DNA from: Octopus sinensis
Lineage: Eukaryota
Reading direction: 5' to 3'
Assembly (NCBI RefSeq): GCF_006345805.1
Contig: NC_043003.1
Location: forward strand, 68,138,001 to 68,202,000
Length of the DNA: 64,000 nt
The number at the start of each line of letters is the position of its first letter. The stretch's first letter is position 1. Position numbers and translations under genes: made by a program. This document shows, piece after piece, positions 1 to 8,326 of this stretch. Under the pieces are notes generated by a model that made no database searches, was not told where the DNA came from, and worked only from the letters and a program-made list of their open reading frames with translations.

Positions 1-540
1 AGAGTACAGCTGTAGACTGAGTCGATTACAAAAATTGACCCACCGGATTTCCTCGCGAATGAAGGTAAGTTTCGTTTTCTCGTTGTAGTAGCAATTGCGA
101 AAGAGGTGATATGGAAGACGAGAATGAAAGGTCTACAGTCAGGCAAGTTCATCTCCGGCCCTGGTTTGGTGAATTATTTCATCTTTCACCTGAAAAGGAA
201 GATAGGGCTGGAGAGAATATGCCTGACTAAGAGAGTGTATGAAGAACGATGGAAAGATGTAGCACGAAAGTTGCGAGTGAATGATACAACATAAATGTAA
301 CACCAAACGAAACCAAAAGTATCAGTGGGGAGGCGAGGCTCGTGGGGTCTGAGCTAAACCCGCACCCACTCCACCCGTAATGTCTTCCGGTATGTTCCAA
401 CATTCGATTTCTTGCTATTTTTGTAAATTTCTGTAAATTTTTAAAATTCGCTTTTTTGTAAAACCCATTCGTGTGTCTGACCCCATCATCAGATTGTATT
501 GTCCCCTCTATGTGGCCCGTAGTGGGTAATAAAGAAATAA
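1..540 (+). mobile_element. Tx1/L1-clade LINE, 3' end (ORF2 C-terminus plus 3' UTR), decayed
   Basis: Frame 1 reads RVQL*TESITKIDPP...FLVVVAIAKEVIWKTRMKGLQSGKFISGPGLVNYFIFHLKRKIGLER...RWKDVARKLRVNDTT*. This aligns by eye with the end of the 24225-25091 ORF (RVGLSTES...VAMAKECIWWTRLKG...HLKRKLRVER...RWVTVAR). The UTR ends GTCCCCTCTATGTGGCCCGTAGTGGGTAATAAAGAAATAA. Confidence 0.8.
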
Positions 541-613
541 CCTCATGAAGGCTGGAGTGTATATCATCCGAAAAATTATTTTAATAACAAACAGCATGAG
601 TACAAATAATCAT

Positions 614-905
614 GGGCACATGGCGGATTGGTTAAGAGCGCGGATACTAACTCCTAGATACCGAGTTCGATTCCAGGCAGTGGCCTAAATAGTAATAATA
701 ATGATAACAACAACAACAACAACACCAACAACATTGAAAAATATCTTAAGAATGTGAATCCCGGTTCGAAATTTCCCCAAGACTCCCGATGACGGCTGGA
801 GGGTATATCAGCCGAAACGTTGTATTTACTACAATCAAGATGAGGACAAATATCCGTCAAATGTATATAATGTGAATAATGTACATAATTCCTCATCTCT
901 TAAAT
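614..905 (+). mobile_element. tRNA-head SINE family H: head, (AAT/AAC)n, body, hammerhead motif, tail
   Basis: A-box-like TGGCGGATTGG and B-box GAGTTCGATTCC. The same layout recurs at 3380-4243. A degenerate copy of its own ribozyme and tail sits just upstream at 541-612. Confidence 0.75.
780..826 (+). ncRNA. Minimal type I hammerhead ribozyme motif (U4 to C in this copy)
   Basis: CCGATGA (786-792), C, GGCTG, loop GAGGGTATAT, CAGCC, GAAAC, GTT. Stem II is a perfect 5 bp. The copy at 4140 has an intact CTGATGA and stem I GACAC/GTGTT. Confidence 0.6.
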
Positions 906-984
906 ATAGAACTGTATTAATCGTAAGAATATATTAATAGGAATTTATGGTAGCGTTTCAAATTTTCCTTTGGTAGTATGAAAG

Positions 985-1147
985 GAGTCGGCGAGATGGC
1001 ACAATCGTTAGCAAGTCGAGCAAAATGCTTGGTTGATATTTTGTCCGTCTTCATGTTTTGAGCTCAAATCCCGTCGAGGCCGACTTTACTTTTTATACTT
1101 GCGAGGTCGATAAAATAATTACCAGTCGAACACTGGGGTCGATGTAA

Positions 1148-1150
<3 letters not shown>
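985..1150 (+). mobile_element. tRNA-head SINE family M, partial
   Basis: GGCGAGATGGCACAATCGTTAGC head, GAGCTCAAATCC B-box region and GGTCGATAAAATAATTACCAGT core, shared with many copies in the window. Confidence 0.7.
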
Positions 1151-1181
<31 letters not shown>

Positions 1182-2614
1182 ACCGAATTCGCTGACCTTA
1201 TGCCAAAATTTCAAACCGATATTATGAAAGAAGTGGAACAAACTTACTTTTTGTAAAACGTATTTCTTTCAATAGTCCATTTGAAACTACGATTCCCTGC
1301 CGTGTGATATGCATTCCAAAAATATTTAGTAGAGGATACATGTATACATATGTCCAAATTGTACCAATCCTCTGCTATATTTTTACAGCGTCTAACATAC
1401 GCCCTTCCTACCCAGGTAACAGATCACATTACTGTACACCAAGCTAGCACTAACGAAATATTATGCCTTATAACTCAAAGTTGTAATATTTTCAGATTTA
1501 TCAAACGAATAATTGTAAATTTTGTTATGTGATTTATGCACTGTTAGTGACAAGATTTTAATCGCAGATCCGCAACAAGTTATGTGGTAACTATTCGTCT
1601 TGAAAAATCTGCTGAAGATTAACAATCTTATGATGGTAATAGTAGTAGTCATAATACTATAATCTCTCAAAACAATTGAAAAAAAGAAAGAAAATAAAAG
1701 CCACAGCAGTAACATATTTATGAACATACCCAAACCAAATACTTTTATAGAATACAGAGAAAAAACATGGCATCAGAATTGTAAATGCCAGTCTATAGTT
1801 TTTAATTTAAAAGAAGCTTAAAGTCAAGTCACTGTTATGCCCAATTAGAATGAATTATATGAAACCTCACTTTGTATTGGTTTTCTTTGATACAGCAACA
1901 CTTAATCTGTTTTACAAATGGGATCTCTGAACAATAACTGAATCTATAGGATTTGTGATTTAGCATTTTCTTCTATTTAGACGAATCAAATACCATTGCC
2001 AATGTTGTACTATAAGAATGAAAACGATATTTAGTTTTATTTAATTAAAAACCCATGTTTATCTCTTACATTCAGGAAAATTGGCCTGCTATTTTAAAGC
2101 GAGAGAGCATTAGATTAAATTGCCTGAACCATGAAATTAAATGCATTTACGAATTACAAGAAAATTATCACGTGGTAGAGGTTACTTTCTCTTCCCCCAA
2201 TAAAATTAATAAAATAAGTACTATTCAATCTTGGAGAAGATATAACTGACTCTGTCCTGCAGCAAATATGCGGTGTGCTGTAATGAGAGAGGACGCAACA
2301 GAAATAATGGATTCTATTATATGCTTTCATGAAGCTACATCATTAAAAAGTTGCCTTATTCGCCCTTAAGATAGATTGATATACGTAAAATAGATTAAAT
2401 CTTCGAAATGCGATTCTGAAGTGAGGCAAACAAAAGGTTTGTTGATATCAACGGACAAGTACTGTCTCTAATAGCATCACATGTATTATTACATATCTAC
2501 CGCTGCATGAAAGAGACCACTGACAGCCAAGTGTATCTGACGAAGATAGACCGAAGGACGTTGAGAGACGTGAATTTCAGCGTAAAGAGTACCATCACAG
2601 TAATACTTTATGTG

Positions 2615-3360
2615 GACTAGCGAGCTGGCAGAAACGTTAGCACGCCGGGCGAAATGCGCAACAGTATTTAGTCTGCCGTTACGTTCTGAGTTCAAATTCC
2701 GCCGAGGTCCACTTTGCCTTTCATACTTTCGGGGTCGATAAATTAAGTACCAGTTACGCACTGGGCTCGATATAATCGACTTAAACCGGTTGTCTGTCCT
2801 TGTTTATCCTCTCTATGTTTAGCCCCTTGTGGGTAGTAAAGAAATAGAAATAGGTATTTCGTCTGCCCCTACATTCTGAGTTCAAATTCCGCCGAGGTCG
2901 ACTTTGCCTTTCATCCTTTCGGAGTCGATTAAATAAGTACCAGTTACGCACTGGGGTCGATGTAATCGACTTAATCCGTTTGTCCGTCCTTGTTTATCCC
3001 CTCTGTATTTAGTCCCTTGTGGGTAGTAAAGAAATAGGTATTTTGTCTGCCGTTATGTTCTGAGTTCAAATTCCGCCGAGGTCGACATTGCCTTTCATCC
3101 TTTCGGGGTCTATAAATAAATACCAGTTACGCACTGGGGTCGATGTACTCGACTTAATCCGTTTGTTTGTCCTTGTTTGTCCCCTCTGTGTGTAGCCCCT
3201 TGTGAGCAATAAAGAAATAAGAATCGTTAGCACACCAGGCGAAATGCTAAGGGGTAATTTTTCTGTCCTTACGTTCTGTGTTCAAATTCCACCGAGGTCG
3301 ACTTTGTCTTTCATCCTTTCGGGGTCGATAAATTAAGTACCAGTTGTGTATTGGAGTAAA
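2615..3360 (+). mobile_element. SINE family M tandem array (one full unit, two head-less units, one partial)
   Basis: TCTGAGTTCAAATTCCGCCGAGGTCGAC...GGGGTCGAT...AGTACCAGTT recurs four times with a period of about 185 bp. Units 1-3 end GCCCCTTGTG(G/A)G...AAAGAAATA (unit 2 GTCCCTTGTGGG). Confidence 0.9.
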
Positions 3361-3478
3361 TCTAACCGACTGTGCCCACGGGCATATGGCGTAGTGGTTA
3401 AGAGCGCGGGCTACTAACCCCAAGATTCCGAGTTCGATTCCAAGCAGTGACCTGAACAACAACAACAACAACAACAAC

Positions 3479-3507
<29 letters not shown>

Positions 3508-3509
<2 letters not shown>

Positions 3510-4052
3510 GCCCTGATGCAGTACCAGGCAGTGGCTCTCATGGCTTCTGATCTTAACTGATTGGAAGTGTTATCATGTACATTGTTTTGTCTTGGTATAA
3601 AAGATGGGCTACAGCAAATATTCTGCTCAATACCACAGATTTGCTTGTCAGTTGTTTGACCGTAACCAGTTGAGCATGTCCCTTAGTGGCTGACGATATG
3701 TGCATCTCTGATCACGAGCAGAAGTAGTGGGGGAGCATCATAGCCATGTGTTGAGAGGGATTCTTTGGGGTTTGAATAATTCACCTCTGGAAACATGGGT
3801 GGTTCTTTCAACATCCTTAAACAACCCTTATTCAGGGACCTTTTGAGCGGGATGGGCTACTCAACCTGAAGAAAATTCTAACTGGGCCCCACCTGCAAGG
3901 TCATGTGCTGTTTATCTTGATATGAAATCACCATGTCGCGCACATATGGTTGTGATGCATGTGCCTGGTGTACCTTTATCAGACGGGTAGTCATTGGGCT
4001 TCGTATATTTTACCCCAGTGTCACTTTGATGGCATGCACTGCTCTCTCACTC
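3508..4052 (+). mobile_element. 545-bp non-coding interspersed element flanked by (AAT)n
   Basis: Homologous copies lie at 7590-7952 plus 11667-11710, and at 46861-47099 on the minus strand with the same ATGCCCTG 5' start. No ORF or TIR seen. Confidence 0.8.
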
Positions 4053-4085
<33 letters not shown>

Positions 4086-4133
4086 TACATCGGAATACCT
4101 TGGGAAGGACAACCCAGGTTTGAAATTTTCTCA

Positions 4134-4180
4134 AGACACCTGATGAAGGCTGGAGGGTATATCTACCGAAAAGTTGTGTT
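4134..4180 (+). ncRNA. Hammerhead motif of SINE family H, degenerate in stem II 3' and GAAAC
   Basis: AGACAC CTGATGA A GGCTG GAGGGTATAT CTACC GAAAA GTT GTGTT. Confidence 0.45.
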
Positions 4181-4243
4181 AACAACAAAGATGAGGCCAA
4201 ATATCCATTGAATATAAATAATGTAAATAATGCATTATATTTA

Positions 4244-4430
4244 AGGTCACAAGCTGGCAGAACCGTTACCATACCGATCAATATCCTTAGCGGTATTTCT
4301 TCCCTCTCCTGTTGACTTTGTTTCACATCATTTCAGGGTCAATAAAATAAGTAACAGTTGTATACAGGGTTCGATGTAATCGATTATCCCTTTCCCACAA
4401 AATTGCTGCTCATGTGCCAAAATTCGAAAT
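4244..4430 (+). mobile_element. SINE family M with the alternative tail (AAATTGCTG...GTGCCAAAATT)
   Basis: Degenerate head and core as in the 2615 array, with a different 3' tail. Confidence 0.65.
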
Positions 4431-4439
4431 GAATATATA

Positions 4440-4580
4440 CGAGGTGGTGCTGAAAATATCCTGGTTCTAAGAGTATCGCGAATGGCCTTGTTAGTGGCCT
4501 AACCTTCTGAGTTCTTTTACATGCTTAGAAAAAAATGTAGGACTGCTGAAATAAGTGTGCGAATCTGTGAGTAGAATATA
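4440..4580 (+). mobile_element. Mariner-derived MITE end, partial
   Basis: Begins TA|CGAGGTGGTGCTGAAAA, resembling the mariner-type TACGAGG termini seen at 54332. Confidence 0.35.
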
Positions 4581-4584
4581 TACT

Positions 4585-4787
4585 CTTTACTTGATTCAGT
4601 CATTTGACTGCGGCCTGCTGGAGCACCGCCTTGAGTCGAGCAAATCGACCCCAGGACTTATTCTTTGTAAGCCTAGTACTTATTCTATTGTTCTCTTTTG
4701 CCGAACCGCTAAGTTACGAGGACGTAAACAGACTAGCAACGGCTGTCAAGCGATGTTGGGGGGGATAACACAGACACACAAACATAT

Positions 4788-4790
<3 letters not shown>
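4585..4790 (-). mobile_element. SINE family C, 3' half
   Basis: Reverse complement of the GCTTGACAACC...GGGGTCGATTTGTTCGACT...GGCGGTGCTCCAGCATGGCCGCAGTCAAATGACTGAA tail seen at 16670-16790 and 22075-22190. Confidence 0.75.
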
Positions 4791-4869
<79 letters not shown>

Positions 4870-5303
4870 ACAAAGGGTAAAATTAATTAATTAAGAAGTA
4901 ATCAATAATTTCACCAAGTAGAATTCGGCATGAAAAAGGACCATCTGCGTCGATTGTTTTCAAGTATTCTGGTTTTTCTGGGAGTCCCTTTTTAAAGTAG
5001 AAGAAATAGCTAAGGTTTTTTGGCTGCTATTTCTAAACTTCGGTATGTGGTAAAGCAAATCTTTGCTGAAACCTAATTATAAAGTATATATATATATATA
5101 TATAACGTAAAGTATACTAGCCATCTCAATATGGCTAACCACTAAGGGTGGGTGTTTGGTTAGTATACTTTACGTTGTCGAGCAGTTACTGTTTACATCT
5201 CGTTCAGAGATTTATTATTGCTATATATATATAATGGCGGTGCCCCAGCATGGCCACAGCTCACGAGCTGAAACTGGAAAAATCAAAATCAAAATCAAAA
5301 TCA

Positions 5304-5358
<55 letters not shown>

Positions 5359-5359
5359 T

Positions 5360-5525
5360 ACGACGGGCTTCTTTCAGGCTCCGTCTACCAAAACCGTTTA
5401 CAAGGCTTTGGTCAGCCCGAGGCTATAGTAGAAGACACTGGCCCGAGGCGCCACGCAGTGGGACTGAACCCGAAACCATGTGGTTCCTTAAGCAAGCTAC
5501 TTACCACACAGCCACTCCTACGCCA
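5360..5525 (-). mobile_element. SINE family C, 5' half (tRNA head plus CORE-like GCACCTTGGGCAAG segment)
   Basis: Reverse complement matches 16490-16610 and 21860-22010. A plus-strand tail fragment lies at 5235-5280. Confidence 0.75.
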
Positions 5526-6119
5526 ATGGTGAGTAAAATCGCAGATTAATTGCATTTTTTCTTATTCAAAGCTAGAAACTTTCCAGCAACCCTCCATATA
5601 TCATTTTCTGAACTTAAAGAAACTAAAACGGAGTATGGCTGTAAAATTTTAGTGGAAGTATGCATTTAATATTTTTTAATAGAAGCAAAAATATTCATTA
5701 AGAACAAAGGAGAAACTTCATAGAAATCTTAATTCATGACTTCTCAACTTTGAAATTAAATTCAATGTTAATTCATTTTGATGAATTAAAAATCTTATAA
5801 ATAATATATTTTATTTTTAATTAACAAATTATTAATTTATAAATTTCAATTAATTATTAATTTATAAATTTCAATTAATTATTAATTATCAAATCGAATA
5901 TTCAGCCATTTAAAAAAAAATATAAGGAAGGCAAAAACATAAATAGCGGTTGGGAAATAATAATAATAATACTAAAAAAAAACAATAACAACAATAACAT
6001 TACTAATACAGATGATGATGATGATGATGATGACGATGACGACGACGACGACGAGGAGGAGGAGGAGGGAAATAATGATATTGGTAATGATTTTCAGAAA
6101 GAAATCGCATTTAACAACA

Positions 6120-6790
6120 TGACAGAATCACAGATTGATATAACCGTCAGTCTTAGAGAAAATGGAGGACTTTTGGAACAAAAACATAAATCATTATTTA
6201 AGTAAATGCAAACATAAAGAAAGAATACATCTGCTGCCGTGCTTGCAGTAAATGACTCCGAGTATGTGGATACACAATTTCAGGACATTCGTAAGAACAC
6301 GGTTCCGAAGCTGTAGCATAGATTACCCATCACGGGACATTATAAGCTTTCTTTATGAAAAACTGATCACGCTTTTGACGCATGCAAAGTATGGTTGTAG
6401 AGGATAGAAGAAAACAGTATAAAATCATTGATTTTGCAATATTCTATGATTAACAAGGCGGCGAGCTGGCAGAAACGTTAGCACACCGCGTGAAATGCTT
6501 AGCATTTTTTCGTCTGACTTTACGTTCTGAGTTCCGCCGAGGTCGACTTTGCCTTTCATTCTTTCGCAGTAGATACATTAAGTACCAGTTGCGCACTGGG
6601 ATCTATCTGATCGACTGGCCCCCTCCCCTAAAATTGTGCCTGAATTAGAAAAGAATATTCTATGATTAATAGACTCGATGCTAAAGAATCTGAGGAAATT
6701 GATAAATATAATAGACAAGCCACAAAGATGAAGACTTTGTGGAAGACTAGCAATTTGAACGACTCTCAAACTGGTAAATATATGACAGAA
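6120..6790 (+). mobile_element. Highly decayed R4/Dong-like LINE 3' fragment interrupted by a SINE
   Basis: Remnants ENGGLL (cf. ETEGFL), CRACSK*...TISG (CCHC region) and VVEDRRKQYKIIDFAIFYD*...LDAKESEEIDKY (RLE region). Confidence 0.55.
6454..6653 (+). mobile_element. SINE family M with a perfect 16-bp target-site duplication
   Basis: AATATTCTATGATTAA at 6438-6453 and 6654-6669. Confidence 0.9.
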
Positions 6791-7560
6791 TTATATTGGA
6801 ATTAGGACACATGTTGTGTTCTGCAATTATCCTGAGACATTCTTGCACCTTTGTAGGATGTGTGGTAGCAGAAACAAAACAATCTCACATATTGTGAGTG
6901 AGTGTGGTAAGGTGGCCCCAAAGCACCACAGCAGGAGGCACGATAACGTAGCTAAGTTCGTCTACTGAAGGTTATGGGAAAAGTACGGTTTGAACAATGA
7001 ACGGAAATGGTACGAACATGAACGAGAAGGAGCCACCGAGAACAAGGAGTATAAGGTAGTGTGGGAGTTAAAATTCAATGTGATTCCCTAATCGATGCTC
7101 GGAGACCAGATATAGCTGTGGTAGATAAAGGGGAAAAACAAGATTATAGATATTGGAATACTTGGGGATGCACGCATAAGTCACAAAGAACTAGAACAGA
7201 CAACCAAAAGACGAAATTGCAAAACTATGGACTATGAAGAGAGTTTTCTGTTATTTCAGTAGTTGTAGGGATACTCAGAGTTCTAACAACCAAGTTCAAG
7301 AAATATGTCATAAAAATAGGAATTGACATAAGAGCAAAACAAGGCCAAACAGCTGCTCTGCTGGGGACGACTAGGATTTTGAGACTGGTATGTGGATTTT
7401 CAATGTCTCCCACGATAAATAGCAATCCAAGTATCAAAGCTTATATTGTGCACAAAGAAAACTTGTGAGACCTCTGGCAACAAGTTTCTGTCCACTCTCA
7501 CAGAATCAACCAGAACAAACAAGACAGAACGTTCTGAGAAGTGAAACGATAATAAAAAAG
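6790..7560 (+). mobile_element. R4/Dong-like LINE 3' fragment, decayed
   Basis: CRMCGSRNKTISHIVSEC zinc knuckle, RRHDNVAKFVY, KWYEH, RRPDIAVVDK (RLE); stops and frameshifts present. Confidence 0.8.
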
Positions 7561-7589
7561 GTTGTCTACACCAAATATTCTCTTCAATA

Positions 7590-7952
7590 AAACAGAATTC
7601 CTTGTTAGTTGCTTTTAAATGGTTAAACAGTTGAGCATATTGCTTAGTGGCTGACAATATGTGCATCTCTAATCCCGAACAGTAGTGGTGGGGGACCCTC
7701 ATAGTCGTGTTGAGAGGAATTTCTTGAGGTTTAAACCCACGTCTAGAAACAAGTGTTTTGTTATTTAAAGAACACTCATTCAGGGAACCATTGACTGAAA
7801 AAGTTTCTAACTGGGCCCCACCTCCAAGCTCATGAGCTGCTTATTTTCATATAAGGTCACCATATCACGCACAGGTGGTGATGCATATTCCTGGTGTACC
7901 CTTATCAGACGGGTAGTCATGATGGGTATATTGGGCTTCGTATATATGTATT
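7590..7952 (+). mobile_element. 545-bp element copy, left part (right part at 11667-11710), split by a Gypsy insertion
   Basis: Collinear with 3640-4010. The continuation GTGTCACTTT...GCTCTCTCAC follows the 3' LTR. Confidence 0.8.
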
Positions 7953-8253
7953 TGTTTTGGCGAGAGTACTACAGCTCACGACGAGAATAGACTGGACCAC
8001 TACATATAAATAGTAGCAGTCTGACGTAGTCGGCAGTCCGTAGTTTGCTCTTCGAAGTTCCGGTACAGTTTACAGTTTGAGTTAGTGTGTTGGAAATATT
8101 GATTGACGGTTGGTAAAAGATTGTTGGTTCGTCACGTGTTTATTAGTGCCGCTGTTTCTATTTTCTATTGTTATAATACTGTTACAGTGTTTTCTTCATC
8201 TATCGCCGACAATATCAGCCGTACTACGATACTGGAGTCGTAAGGATATAATA
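7953..8253 (+). repeat. 5' LTR
   Basis: TGTTTTGGCGAGAG...GGATATAATA; 21 mismatches in the first 100 nt against the 3' LTR (hand count). Confidence 0.9.
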
Positions 8254-8326
8254 TTCTGACGACGAGGATTTTTCGAAGCTCATGTAGGCTATTTGACAAT
8301 TTGTGAATCATACAAATTGTTAAATT

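Larger units (their letters stand above)
3380..4243 (+). mobile_element. SINE family H copy interrupted inside its (AAT)n tract
   Basis: Head GGGCATATGGCGTAGTGGTTAAGAGCGCGGGCTACTAACCCCAAGATTCCGAGTTCGATTCC. Body and CTGATGA-containing tail resume after 4053. Confidence 0.8.

Noticed and set aside
1-70. GAAG|GTAAGT at 61-70 as a host splice donor
   Set aside because: The sequence continues in frame as Tx1 ORF2 homology, so the motif is incidental.
614-690. tRNA gene (also 3380-3455)
   Set aside because: It has A and B boxes but no clear acceptor stem, and is followed by SINE body; a SINE head.
2075-2181. Candidate exon ENWPAILKRES...YHVVE
   Set aside because: Plausible acceptor but weak donor, and no recognisable protein motif.
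2615-3360. CRISPR-like array
   Set aside because: Units are about 185-bp diverged SINE copies without unique spacers; eukaryotic context, no cas genes.
3508-3600. HDV-like ribozyme at the 5' end of the 545-bp element
   Set aside because: I could not build the nested double pseudoknot by eye.
6010-6204. Acidic open frame (DDDD...EEEEGNND...LFK*) as a host exon
   Set aside because: It starts in a compound microsatellite and runs into decayed R4/Dong homology.
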